Assembly: GCF_011386835.1 (NCBI RefSeq)
Contig: NC_088804.1
Span: forward strand, 9,238,001-9,302,000
Origin: Chrysemys picta bellii
Lineage: Eukaryota
Direction: 5' to 3'
DNA length: 64,000 nucleotides
The translations under genes were made by a program, and so were the position numbers. The notes under the pieces were generated by a model. The model saw nothing but the letters and a program-made list of their open reading frames with translations, did not search any database and had not been told where the DNA came from. This document shows positions 25,559-38,600 of the stretch, one piece after another. The first letter of the stretch is position 1. Each line of letters begins with the position of its first letter.

Positions 25559-26664
25559 TATATATAAAGAAGACGGGGAAAGATATGGAATTAACCCATT
25601 GCGTGCTGGCCATCTTCCTGCTTACTCTACCTTTGTGTTGTATCCCCTCCTCCTGCTGTGCACACATTGCCTGTCGCTAACGCCCAAGCACTTTGGGGCA
25701 GAGGCTGTGTCTTCCTAGGTGCTTGTACAACACCTGGAAGTGTTGCCCCATTCCCTGGGGATCGGAGATAATAAGGCCGTCACAAAACAATTCTTGACTT
25801 TCTGTGAGCACAGCTGTTCCTAACGCAATTTCCTTGTGTCTTGAAAAGAGCTCTGTGACCCAAGCTTCTCACATCTCTTCTTTTCATCTGGCCGCTTCTT
25901 AACGTTTTTTCCCTATGGGCTACCTTACTTTCAGCCTTTACCCGGCTGGCCCTGCCTCGGTATCACCATAAAGTTGCCAACAATTTTCTCCGTGGCCAGT
26001 AGCTGAACCTCAAAGGGATGAGTGTGTGTGGAACCATATCCCCTGTTTTTAATGGTACCCTGCTCGCAGCATAACCCCTGTGGGATCAGGGATTCTCCCA
26101 CTGGGATTACATAGCAGAAATTGCAAGCACCTGAATATTGGGGCAGAGATAGTGCGGGAGGTCAGAGCTGGAACTTGGAATCAGATAACTGAGGGTGGAG
26201 GGAGGGGGCGAAGAATCCAGGCATCGGAATTAGGCTCTCTAAGGAATGAACTGCAAAGACTTACAGCTAGTCCATGCCCCACAGCGCGGCTTCTGCTGCC
26301 CTGAGCCCTAAGTTATTTACTCAGCCTTGCACTGAATGCAGGCGAGCATGGATAAGCTACAATTATGAGTGTGCTTAAAAATCCAGGGGTTAACAATACC
26401 AAGCCCTCTAATGAGGCAGCGGTGAAGTACAATGACGCAATGACATTCAGTAAGAGTGAAGTGAGGGCTGGCCAATGTGCTGGGTTGACAGCCCTGCAAA
26501 CTACCGTCCCCTCTTCGCCCAGAGCACAGGTGCAGTAAGGGGCGGTGGCAGGACATGCGTCACCGAACGGCCTTCGCAATGCACCTCAGCCTTCTGATGC
26601 GAAACCATTCTCGCCTCCAAAATAAGAGCCCCACCCCACCCTTCCATAATGCCTGGCCTCTGTC

Positions 26665-26840
26665 GATCTCAAAGCACTTTAAGAAGGAGCCCAGTATCAT
26701 TTCCCCCATTTTATAGATAGGGAAACTGAGGCATGGAGCGGGGAGGTGACTTGCCCCAGGTCAGTGGCAGAGCCAGGAATAGGTCCCCCAGCTCTTCAGC
26801 GTCCCAGTCTAGGGCTCTAGTCACTAGGCCAGTCTCCATG
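26665..26840 (-). mobile_element. MIR/CORE-SINE relic
   Basis: ccccattttatagatagggaaactgaggca…gtgacttgccccaggtc. Confidence 0.7.
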
Positions 26841-28139
26841 CCCCATTCCGCCCTCGGGCACTCTGCTGAGTCTATCCCAAACGTGAAGAAACTCACTAAC
26901 AGCTACCGCGGGAACTTCCTTTCCCCCCCATGATACTAGGCGACCATGTAACATAGGCCTGGCTGCCCCAGAAGGCCTTCAGCACTGAAAGTCAGCCTTC
27001 GGTTACAGGAAGAACAGCTTCCCTTCCAGTTACACTGCAGCATGAAGTAGCCTTGTGGTTCATGCCCGTGGCTAGGAGCCCTTTTCTCAGCAGGCTGCGT
27101 AACACACAGTGAGTTCACATCAGAGAGGGGAAAGCTCATGATATTGGAGACGTTCCCTGGTGTGGCTGCAGCTGGGTTGAGGCACAGGATAGCCACAAAT
27201 ACAGGTGACCACGAGTGGTTTCACTCTGGAGACTGTCGTACATACAAAGTGTATGCCCAGGATAAATAAGGCAGGACCATGAACCCAGCATAAACTCCTG
27301 GAGTCAGGGGTGCAAAGCGATCACATGCTGAAGGAACCACCCTGTCACAAAGCCAATAACAGAGAGACACAAAGAATTTGATAAGCACAGGCATGGAAAT
27401 CTTTTCACACGGAATTTGGAGCAGGATGGAGAACCAGGGAGGCACAGAGGTACAGATTCTGGGGCCTTCGAGACCAATGAACAGGGCCAGCTTTTCAGCT
27501 TCACTTCTCTTTCCCTCCAGTATCTTTGGGGATTTACAAAGGAAGCCATGGGAGGGGGGAGAGAGGGCTGAGGCAAGGGGTTCATGCTTGTAGGATAAAG
27601 AGGGGAAAACTTAAGTACAGGGAAGGAGATCCTGGGGTGCTGGGGACAGACTGGGCTTTTCCATGTGCTGAGCAGATGCAACTTCAGAACCAGGTTGTCT
27701 TTTAATAATTGGACGGCCTGTGGAGTGATAGCAGCTCCCGACTTGCTGGCTTCTGGGCAAATCTGCAGGTGAGGAAGAAAGGTCAGAGGCCTCCATCCTA
27801 AGGTGCCTTCCAGGGGCTTATGCCTCCTTTTTTAGTATTCAGCATGGACTGTTAGCATACAATCAGGCTGCTCTTCCCATAGCATTTATTGTTTCCACCC
27901 GTTTTTTAAGATACTTGATATTAAAGTCACGTATGGGCTGTATTGCCTATAAAATGTGACCACCAATTATTTCTGCTACTTAAGTCAGCAATTAGATTCA
28001 AGCCTGCTAGGGATTATCCAACATATCCAGCATGCTAGTGAAAAAGGAGGCCATTTGGAAACTGAAGTTTCTCTTTGAAAGGTAATTTTCATTTCCCAAT
28101 GCTTGTTAATCCTTTTCGTGTCAAGTCAGGTGCATACCG

Positions 28140-28160
28140 TCTCTCTCTCTCTCTCTCTCT

Positions 28161-28199
<39 letters not shown>
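28140..28199. repeat. Compound microsatellite (TC)12 / (CA)17
   Basis: Read directly from the sequence. Confidence 0.95.
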
Positions 28200-28201
<2 letters not shown>

Positions 28202-29916
28202 TTTTCTGCTTCCACCTCTTAAAAGCTGGTGAGCTCCATTGTTTGTGATCTGGGTTGCCATGGAAAAGGTATAAGCAGGGTGGTTTTTTTAGTGTTAGGA
28301 AATGGCACACCTCTCGGAGGGAAGCTGAACGAGAACGGGGCGGATTCAGACCCGGTGACAGTGCATACCATGGCGATGTTCACAAATCATAAATGCCTAG
28401 AATGACGACATCCAATTAGATAGCCGGGCAGATAGAAATCAATAGATCTGCATCCACCTATCCCCACGCCTAGAATATCTGCATTAACGTTTTCAACTGA
28501 TACTTCCTTTTGCCATTTGCCACCGCCTATTTCACGCCATGACCCCTGGCTGCTTGCCAACGGCCCCATCTCTGCTCCACACTCGTATCATTTATTCCGG
28601 TTTCTACAGCACCTCAAAGGAGATGGAACTTGGACTGACAACGGCGCCAGGGGCAGGCTGCACGGCTGGAAAGTGACCAGGCAAACTCGTTTCAGCCGAA
28701 AACCTGAGATGAGAAATGGATGCTGGCTCGTGACCCACTCCCCACACCTGCATGCAGCTCATGGTTCTTGAGGCCCGCGGCCTGAGAAGCAAAGGTTTTA
28801 ATCACTAAGCAAACCATGCTGATAAAACCAGAGGCAGAGCTAGCCAGCTGCTTTCTGTTCATTTGCGAATTATCCTAGAACAATCTATTCCCCATCTGCC
28901 CCCCGATATGGCGGGGAGGTTACCCACAATGGAAGTTATCTGTGTAACCCCCCAAGCCCTATCACACAAATTGATGAGAGAACTACATTCTAGATCCCCT
29001 CCTCATGTGCAAATCAATTTTCTCTAGCCATAGAGTTCCAGCCAAATAAATCACCCCACTTACTAACGTTGCCTCGTTTCTTATAACTTCTTTTCTCTGG
29101 TCAAGTCCATGTGGCCATAACTACAGTTGGATATTAGCCTCAGAGACTGAACAATGACAATGGTGGGGGGAAGTGGATCAAAGACACATCAAAGCATGTT
29201 CAAAGGTGACCACATGACTTCTCCAAATCTCCATCCTCATCAGGAGCCATTTGCAACCAGAGGGCCAAGTTCTCTGGTGCAAACTGATGCTGCCTCACTG
29301 GCTTCAACTGCACTAATTTCTACTACTCGGAGTAGGTCATAACTGCAAATTAAGATGTGACTGCAGCGTGGGAAGGCAGACCTGGGCTAGCTTGCATCTA
29401 GTTGGTGCAGGTAATGATAGCAGTGAAGACTTGGTAGAAGTTGGCAACACAACTAGGTACCCAGTGTCCCCAGCAGGCTTTTACTGGGGCAGGCAGCCTA
29501 GGCCGAATTCTGCACCATCATGTCTTCACTAGCTGAAGCTGGTATATCTCCCCTCACTGCAATCACACCTTCATCTGCGGTGTAGAAGTACCCTCCACAG
29601 GTCTCTGTCGTGGGCCTAAAGCTCCCATGGAGAGCCACACATCGAGCACCAACCCCATTGCGGTGGTCAGCAGCTGCTCGTGAAGATCATAGAGATGGGA
29701 CTGAGCTGCAATGTTCCGTTCCTGGTCAGGGAATTCTAGATCTGGATCCAAAATCTTCCCATGCTTGGGAACACCAAGATCTAGGGTTTGGTTTTCTCCA
29801 GCAGAAACCCTTTGAACCTCAGAGCCCGGGGTCTCCAAATAGGCCCAGCTATTCACCCCTTGTTTTTACCTGGCTCACGGGGCCCCTTGTGCTTTTACAA
29901 CAAATCCACCCACCTA

Positions 29917-30030
29917 TGACAAAGCCCTGGCTGGGATGATTTAGTTGGGGATTGGTCCTGATTTGAGCAGGGGGTTGGACTAGATGACCTCTTGAGGTCC
30001 CTTCCAACCCTGATATTCTATGATTCTATG
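29917..30030 (+). mobile_element. CR1 3'-end fragment
   Basis: tgacaaagccctggctgggatgatttagttgggg…tattctatgattctatg. Confidence 0.92.
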
Positions 30031-31064
30031 GCCGCTTTCATTCCTAAAAATAAAACGTGCCTCTCTCCCTGAAAAGAAGCTGCTGTCATCTTCTCAGCCG
30101 ACGCCTCTTGTCAGGAGGCTATTATTAAAGATGACATTATTGACATTATTTGCTCTAGGTATTCAAGATGGGATGAAAGAGGGCAGGCCACGGGGGAATA
30201 AAACTCTTATCAATTATTCGTTGTGCATCTTAAAAAAAGAAAAATCCAGTTCAGACTTGCCTACGGTAGACCTATTACCTTAGTATTATTTAAAAGCTCC
30301 TTTGATTAAAATATTAGTGCCACCGAGGGGTGCAATTTACATATGATTAATGCTTCTCTATTCATTCCTGGGTCTGGAGCCTTCTCCCCACCACCTCTTG
30401 AATTCTGACATATAAAACAAAAATTGAAAATAAAGAGTGATCGGAATTCATAGTGAATGAACCCAAATTCAGACTTGCCAACAACAAAATAAGTATATAA
30501 CTACCGCCGACGCAAGAGACGTCTCCCAGAAAAGCAATTTACTCCTGATGTTTTTAAAAGGGATGGAAGACTGAAATGGAAGTGCAGAAAGATATTACTA
30601 TCCGAAAGCAGATGGGGAAAGCTGTTACAGCTCCTTTGGAAAGAAAACAAGTGAAGTTGTGTATTTTAATTAAAGATCAGGAACAGGGGATGTGCTGTGA
30701 TCTGTGGCATCACAGTCTTTCTCAGTAAATGCTTCCCGTTAAAAGAAATCAGCTCCAGCTACAGGTACAAACTGGCTTCCACACAGCTTGACTTTCAGCT
30801 TTGTCCCCTTTGTTTACCAGAGACCATGCAGAGTCTGGAACTCTGCTACACAGATATCTAGCAACTGAACAGTACATTGCAAATATGTATAGCATTTCTT
30901 ATCATACCCTGTCTTCATCAGTGCTATACCAACTGCCTCCCCCATGTTCCCTGGCCAACAATTTCAGATTACATATCTGTGTGTCCTGTGACCAGCTTGG
31001 CCATAGGACATCATTTTCCTAATGTTTCAATGGGTGGTTTTATCCCAGAGGTGCCCCACTCCTC

Positions 31065-31215
31065 TCTAGGACCCCATTTTACAGACGGGGAACTGAGGCA
31101 CAGAGGCTAAGTGCCTTGCCCAAGGTCACACAGGAAGCCCATGGCGGAGCAGCAACTTGAACCTGGGGCTCCCAAGTCCCAGGCCAGAGTCCCAATCATT
31201 GGGCTGGTCCTTCCA
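31065..31215 (-). mobile_element. MIR/CORE-SINE relic
   Basis: ccccattttacagacggggaactgaggcacagagg…ttgcccaaggtcacacag. Confidence 0.75.
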
Positions 31216-34200
31216 CTCCAGCTCCAGATTATACAGCGTATAAATCATAGAATCATAGATGGTGAACATTTTCCAAAAGTCGCCGCTGACCTCGTGTTCC
31301 TCCATTTTTGCACGTCTAGCTCAACGCACCTTTGTCTCAAGTGGGCACACCAGATCAGTGGCCACTTCTGAAAACTTTGGCTTACGTATCATTCTCCCAA
31401 CAGGGCCTCTCTCACAGGCAGGTGACCCTGATCATGAGGGGCGGTGAACTGCGGGGTAGTCAGGTATTCTTACACAGGGATCTTTATATACGGAACACGG
31501 CTGATTGCGTGTGTCTGTGCACACATGCACCGAGGAAACATGACAGAGCATGACGCTTCCAGCCAAAACACCACCACCCAGGCACTCTCCAGGAGAGAGA
31601 CAGCAGAGTGCTTGTATCTCACACTCAGACCCTCCATCTTGAGTCCCCGCATCATGGCACTGTCCCCCAGTGTGGTGAGGCTCAACTTTACTTGGCCCAG
31701 GACGACAAAACTAGCAACCACCAATATCGTTCTTCCAAACACCATGTCCCACAGGAAGAGTTTTTGGTCTCTCTGTGGGTTGGGGGTAACCCAAAGGTGC
31801 TGGGGGTGGGCTGGGCAAAAGGGGGACTGGTGCTGTTGGAGTGAAGGGGGCTTCTTCCTCCCCACTGCTTGTCCTGCCTCCCAGCTCCAGGGATAGGGAA
31901 GCCGGCTCCCCAGACCTGGAGCCCTGTACGTGGGCCCGTGGGGCGAAGAACTGCTCTGGGACGGGAGGGGGCACAGCGGAGATGGAATCAGCAATGGGAT
32001 TGGAGGTCTGTGAGGAAAGCAGCTCCTCCCCTCCTCTGCCCTGGGCTCCCGACGGGTCCAGGCAACCCCAGGATTTTGCAGCTCTGCGTCAGAGAGGTAC
32101 GACCCCCTCAGCGAGGTACGACCCTAGCCGACAGGCAAGCCAACTTCTTACATTTAAAGGGGCAGCCCACAGCAAGCCGACCCCCCCCACACACTACAAT
32201 CCACCCCCAGCTAGGAATAGGCCATCGACCGCATGCTGCCCTTGTCTCAGCTGGGGAGGGGGTGAAGCTCCCCAGAGCCCAGCAATTCCATTCCTGGGGC
32301 CCAAAAGGTGAAGATCCCAGGACCTCAGACAAACACCCACCTCTCTTCCGCCAGTGGCTCAGCTTCCCTCTGTCAGCTCTCTAGCCCCCTCTGAGTCTGG
32401 CAGGGGCAGCTGGTCGTGCCCCCTGCCCCCAGCCCGTTGCTTTGTGCGGGAGGGGACAGTGCAGCACCTATGCTTGCTGCCTGCTTCTGTCGACAGGGAA
32501 CTGAAAACTCCTCCTGGTCCTGCTGCGCTGGCCCTGTAACAGTCTCTGGGGCCCAGACCCCACCCCCTACAGGTCACTGGGCTAAGGCCCCATGGATTCC
32601 GCTATCTAAGCCCAGTGACCTGGAAGTATCTTCATTATCGTGAAGCAAATTAGACGCGTCTGGTTGTTGACACGCCTGCAACTGCCCCCACGGCAGCACT
32701 CAGCCACTGAAGCGCAAAAGGCCATTTCTTTTCCACGTTTCCCCCCCCCCCCCAAGCCCATACGCTGCCAAGAGCCCAGCCCCCAACCAACTGCACCACA
32801 TGCGGTTCAGAGGGCGTATGGGCCCCCTGCAGAGCTGTCACCCCGTCCCACTCGGAGACGCTGCATCTCTAGCTCTCGCTCGGTTCTGCAGGGGCTAACG
32901 TGCGAGTTGGTCTCTCACAAGCTTGAAACCCAGGGACCGAGTTTAAAAGGAAGAACATCAGAGTTATCACGGCAGACAGCTTGAAAAATGGCTGGAGACA
33001 GGTAATGGGGAGGCAGGATAATTATGCAGCCAGTTGGTATTTGGGACTGGGGCACCGTGTGGATGGAACAGAGCTGTTTCCACGGGCCCAGACAGAAAGG
33101 CAGCATCACTCACGCTGGCCACTGGCTCTGACCTGGGAGATCTGTCACCACTAACGCAGTATCCTGCTCTCACTTAGGGTAGCAAACGTAATCCCTGCTG
33201 CGTAAGCAGGAAAGAACTCAGCCTGGTCTAGGATGGGAATCAGCCACTGGGGACCAGCGCACAGCACCAATGCAAACCCCTCTTGGAGGTGGGCAAAGCC
33301 ACAATCTGCATTGCCTGAGCTCACCCTTCATGGAAGCTGCACCAGCTGAGAGCTGCTAACTCTGTCTACACTAGGGGTTCGCTGTGGGGCTAGGCCGGTT
33401 GCTGGCCCCCGAATGCTGAAATCAGGAGTAGCCCCACTTTAGACCAGGCCTTGGAATCAGTTCTGCTCAGTCTGGGGGTGGGAACATTTGGCCAGGGATA
33501 AGAGATGCTCAGGAGGGCGTTAAGTACGTGTGAAACTCTGAACACCTGCCTTTTAAGGCAGAAGTTGCCAAACACTTGTGGCTCCAGGGTGCGATGTTGT
33601 ACAGCTGTCCTGGTGCCTTCAGAGCTGGCCCTAAGTACTAGCCAGGCAAACAACTGCTTTGAACCTGGTCCTTTCAGGAGCCTCGCATTCAAGTGGGGCT
33701 TTGCACCCCAGGACCTCGTCCTCAGCACTGGGGATGTAAGGGGAGGGACTCTGTGGTAACCACTCTAGTCTTCCAACGCCACAACACATGGGCTGACTCA
33801 CCCCCCAACTCCCTTTGGGCACCTAAGAATCTCATGCATTGTAAGAACCTTGGTGGCACAGTGGGGTTTTCCTCCCTCTAAAGCGGGGGTGTCAAATTCA
33901 TTTGGAGGCAAGGGCCAGATTCCAGGTTTAATTCCAGTCTGTGGGCCAGAATACAGACTCAGGCCTTCATTCTTCCCCATGGATGTCAGGGGGAGGATTT
34001 CACAGAGATTAAGGGGAGAATGTAGCCTTCACGTAGTGAATAAGTTGTCATTTATTATTTATCCAGGACCTCATCGTCCCATTCGGTATCACTCGGTGAG
34101 AAGATCTGCTCCCCTTTCGGTTACCGCTGCTCCTGCCTTTTGCTTCTCTCTCTGACTCTTTTCCCCTCCCTCTTTCCAAGCTGTACATTTCCTTCCCTGC

Positions 34201-34588
34201 CAGGAACTCCCTCCCCACCACTCGAGGGCTCCATTCCCACCCCTTTTCGGATCCACTACAGTGACCAGCCACGGAACAGTCAGCACTGACAAGAAGTTTA
34301 TTGGACTCTAGAGCTGACAATCCAAGACAATTAACAGGGAAGCTCACGCCCAAGTCATTGTTTCAGGCTGTCTGCAGACTCAAGCAGACATGATGTTGGT
34401 TTACACTCACTTCACATCTTGAAAGTCACTCTGCAGTCAGGAAGGCTACAAACGATATTTGCAAACGAAAGCCGAGGCTCTGCACAGTGCAGGTCATACA
34501 GGCCACCTCCACACACCACACAGGCTGGTCCCAGCACAGCCCACAGGGCCGGTGCTTGACAGCTCTAATGCATGTTGATATGCGCAGG

Positions 34589-35888
34589 TGTGATGGGGTG
34601 TGCCCCCCACCCTAGCCTAGGAAGGGTTAATGAAGCTGAGAAAGGGCCAATTAAGTGGATAGGCTCCAGTTTAGGGGAATTAGGTGGGCTAAGTAACCCT
34701 GGATTGATGAGGGAGCCAATCCAAGAAAGAACAGGTGGGGCTATTAAAGATATATTGGAACTGGAAAAGATACAGAAAAGGGCAACAAAAATGATGAGGG
34801 GTATGGAACCGCTTAATAAGACTGGGACTGATCAGCTTGGAAAAGAGACAACCAAGGGGGGCATATGATAGAGGTCTATAAAATCATGACCGCTGTGGAG
34901 AAAGTAAATAAGGAAGTGTTATTTACTCCTTCTTCGAACAGGAGAACTAGGGGTCACCAAATGACATTAATAAACAGCTGGTTTAAAACAAACAAAAGGA
35001 AGTATTTCTTCACACAACACACAGTCAACCTGTGGAACTCCTTGCCAGAGGATGTTGTGAAGGCCAAGACTATAACAGGGCTCAAAAAAGAACTAGATAA
35101 GTTCATGGAGGATTGGTCCATCAATGGCTATTAGCCAGGATGGGCAGGGATGGTGTCCCTAGCCTCTGTTTGCCAGAAGCTGGGAATGGGTGACAGGGGA
35201 TGGATCACTTAATGATTCCCTGTTCTGTTCATTCCCTCTGGGGCACCTGGCATTGGCCACTATTGGAAGACAGTATCCGGGGCTGGATGGACCTTTGGTC
35301 TGACTACAACATGGCCATCCTTATGTTGTAGAAAGCTAGGAAGTCAGCAGTGGAAATGGGGCTGCAGTGAAGGAGCCTGCAGCCACTCTCTGGATGCTAG
35401 ACAGGGAAGGAAGGTCACCCAGGGGGAGTGTAGAAACCCCCAGGGTTCCAGGCCCTGATGGAAGGGTACATCAAGAAGAGTGGTGGAGCAAAAGCCTGAG
35501 AGCAGTGGTGTAGGAAAAGGCTCAGGGAAATGACAGCAAAGTGAGACATTGCAGACTTCGGCCACTATTAGAGGGTCCCTGAGCTGGAACCCAGAGTAGA
35601 GGATGGGCCTGGGTTCCCCTACCAAAGACTGGGGAAGTGACACAGTCAGGGCAGCGAGGGAGAAGTCAGCCATTTTGGATGGAAAGACTAACAACCCCTG
35701 GAAGGCGAAAAAGCACATTGACCTGGCTGGAGGGCCAAGCTCTGAAGACAGAGCACCCTGAGTAACAGCGAGTGAGAGAAGCGGCCGGGCGCCCGAACGG
35801 GCGGCAGAAGGAGGTGTCGGACGGGGAAGAAGCTAATCCCCAGAGCAGTTAGGAGGAAGCGCTCTAGCGGGGATCATACCCAGTGACA
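34589..35888 (+). mobile_element. Solo LTR (Gypsy-like) split by a CR1 insertion
   Basis: Starts TGTGATGGGG…gaagggttaat and ends …cagtgACA; LTR-like sequence continues on both sides of the CR1; TSD ambiguous. Confidence 0.65.
34752..35327 (+). mobile_element. CR1 LINE 3' fragment (second subfamily)
   Basis: LEKIQKRATKM… and MIEVYKIM…RTRGHQM…[22 protein letters not shown] are CR1 ORF2 end peptides; 3' UTR ends ggccatccttatgtt. Confidence 0.93.
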
Positions 35889-35915
35889 ACGTGTAGCACT
35901 GTCTCCTCACTCTTA

Positions 35916-36300
35916 TGTAAGGGGGTGGGCCCACTCACCAGCCAGCGCATCAAGGGACGCTCCCACCAGGTCAGGTTGTTGAGTCCCTTGCCCCAGGGAT
36001 GCATTTATTGCTCCAACAAAACAGTTCAAAACATTAATCGAAACAGGTGAACCAGGCCCTGCTCCCTCACCTCTCCTAAGGCCAGGTAGCTTCTGCTGGT
36101 GCCGACACAGCAGCAGGTATCCCAGCCAGGTCTTTCGCCTAGCGGGTGGGGCGAGCCCCTTTCTGGGTCTGTTCTCCTGAAGCACCCTCCCTGCCCCGTG
36201 CAGATTTCCATCTCACCTGAGCTACTAGCTGCTCTTACGAGGACTGGGTCATCTTCAGCCCTCACCTGGTCCCTGGCCTCACAGCATCAGCTGATCAGAT
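35916..36300 (-). mobile_element. LTR-like fragment in opposite orientation (inner boundary approximate)
   Basis: Begins TGTAAGGGGGGTGGGCCCACTCACC, read as the reverse complement of an LTR 3' end (…ggtgagtgggcccacccccctTACA); no TSD found. Confidence 0.45.
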
Positions 36301-37189
36301 GGGGCTGGGCTCAACTTCCCTTGTGGGACAGGACCACTACAGGATATCAGACTAGACTGACCAGAAGCACCTAGGAGCTCCGAAGTTCTTCTTGGTGCAC
36401 AGGATAGTTCAGTCTGGTAACAAGTGTGGGATTCCAGTGCACTAGAAACTGGTTCACACCCATCCGCTTGCAGTCCGGTGATTCCCTCCCTTTTAGGCCA
36501 GTATTTTATTTCAGCTGCATGAGTCTCTTTAAATTACCACATTCCTCCCAGCCCTTCCTTCCTATCTGCTTAAACAGAAAGTAACCCGCAAAAGCTGGGC
36601 TCATAACTAACATCCTGGTCCAGTCTCTCCAGAACAAGACAGAAACTCACGTGACAGAGCGGATTCACGAGGGCCATCCTTAGAGATAACAAGCAGCTTT
36701 TGGCATGTGTGTGTAAACAGTCTGATGGCTAATTAATCAGGACTTCGGGGATTACAGAGTGACTTGAAGCATCATTTTGGAACTGGGCTGCTGGCACAGA
36801 ATCGGCAGTTTGCCCACATGACTTAAAACAAAGATGTCAAAGATTTTTCTGACTTTACAGGGATTTTTTTTTTTTAATTGTCCCTCAGCTCAAGGCTCAT
36901 GTTCGATCACAGACCACGTCAACATCAGCAGAGTTAGGGTTCTGAGCAGCGATCTGTACATATTAAGTGGACTGTTAAGTGGAATTTCCTTGCAAAGGAA
37001 ATAAACAGGTTGTTTCCTCTTTGTGGCTTCTTTATGACATCTGATGACCTCAACTGTGTTATAAAACTAAAGTTTTCTTTGTTGATTGCTTTTCACCTTT
37101 GGTAAATCAAGTCTGCCCCGGAAGACCCAGAGAACTGGAGTGGGAGCCTTCTCTGCCCTTAACTGGAAGGGTGAGGATGCTGAATCTTT

Positions 37190-37484
37190 GGGTACGTCTT
37201 CACTACCCGCCATATCGGCGGGTAGCGATCTATTTATCGGGGATCGATATATCACGTCTTGTTAAGACGCAATATATCGATCACCGAACGCGCTCCCCGT
37301 CGACTCCGGAACTCCACCAGAGCGAGCGGCGGTAGCGGCGTCAACGGGGAGGCCGCGGACGTCGATCCCGCGCCGTGTGGACCCAAGGTAAGTCGATCTA
37401 AGATACTTCGACTTCAGCTACGCTATTCACATAGCTGAAGTTGCGTATCTTAGATCGATCCCCCCTCACAGTGTAGACCAACCC
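37190..37484. mobile_element. Young PIF/Harbinger-type MITE, CpG-rich with internal hairpins
   Basis: TIRs gggtacgtcttcact / agtgtagaccaaccc; TTT on both flanks; more than 30 CpGs retained. Confidence 0.85.
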
Positions 37485-38080
37485 TTTAACAAAGATTTTC
37501 CTCCTAACGGTTAGTTGTATGTTGGAGTTAAATAAACCAAAGAGTTTAAAAACCCATCTGAATAAGAATTTCTTCTCTGTCCAATTGCTCAGGTTCCAAT
37601 TGTTACATCATGATCTTACTAGTACTCCAGTCATCTACAGGACAGGATAGGTAAGACCAGTGTAAGACAGAAGCAGGAGACATTTTTGTTTCAAAAGCAA
37701 CAAAAGACGCTTTGCAGGCCTTCTGTACAATTAATAACGTATCTTTTATTCCTCATTTCACAAGTCAGCTTAAATTCTACATGGCCTGGAAAGGAAGTTT
37801 ACGTCATGTCTACACTCTGGAGACTATAGGTATGGTGCTGTAGCTATGCCGATTAACCCCGTTCCGTAGATATAGCCTATAGACCCACATCCGTCCCTCG
37901 GGACCCTCCTGCCCAGCCCCCAAGCGCCTGGCCTGGGAGGCTAGCCCCTGGCCCCTCCCCTGCTGTTCCCCCTTCCCCGAAGCCTCAGCTCGCTGCGTTG
38001 CCGGCGCAATGCTCTGGGTGTCTGGGCAGCGCAGCCCGGACTGACCCGGTGCTCCGTGCTGCACGGTGGCGTGGTTGGCT

Positions 38081-38600
38081 CCAGCTGGAGCACCCATGGA
38101 GAAATATTAGCGGGTGCTTAGCACCCAACCTCAGCCAAGCTCCCCTCCCTCCCCCCACTCCTGTGCGCTGGCGGTCCCTGCCGATCAACTCCCCCTCCCT
38201 CCCAGCGCCTCCTGAGTGCTGCGGAACAGCTGGTTTGTGGCATGCAGGAGGCATGGGGGGAGGAGCGGGGATGGGGTGTGCTCGGCGGAGGGGGCGGAAA
38301 GAGGTGGGGACGAGGTGAGACGGGGCGGGAAAAGGCGGGGTGGAGGTGGGAGCTTGGGGGAAGGGGCGGAGCGGGACTGGTGGTGGAGTGGGGGCGGGAA
38401 GAGGCAGGATGGTGGTGGGGGCTTAGGGGAAGGGGTGGAGTGGGGGCGGGAAGAGGCAGGATGGTGGGGGGGGCTTAGGGGAAGGGGTGGAGTGGGGGCG
38501 GGAAGAGGCAGGATGGTGGGGGGGGCTTAGGGGAAGGGGTGGAGTGGGGGCGGGACCTGGAGCTGAGCACCCCGGGGAAAATTAGAAGCTGGCGCCTGTG
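38081..38600. mobile_element. hAT MITE (same family as 8571-8980), left TIR missing
   Basis: Subterminal ctggagcacccatgg…gggtgct and right TIR aagctggcgcctgtg match the 8571 element. Confidence 0.7.
38382..38555. repeat. G-rich minisatellite, 52-bp unit x about 3.3
   Basis: Unit ggtggagtgggggcgggaagaggcaggatggtgg(t/g)gggggcttaggggaagg starts at 38382, 38434, 38486 and 38538. Confidence 0.92.

Noticed and set aside
28387-28479. Alternative CPNE2 exon beginning GVGIG, echoing GVEGI
   Set aside because: Weak acceptor tract, no further similarity to copine, and an early stop; kept only as a candidate non-coding element.
30245-30480. 12-bp direct repeat TTCAGACTTGCC about 220 bp apart, and a CTCF-like GCCACCGAGGGGTGC
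   Set aside because: About one such 12-mer pair is expected by chance in 64 kb; the CTCF-like motif has three core mismatches.
38382-38555. CRISPR-like repeat array
   Set aside because: Eukaryotic DNA; the units are contiguous with no unique spacers, so this is a minisatellite.
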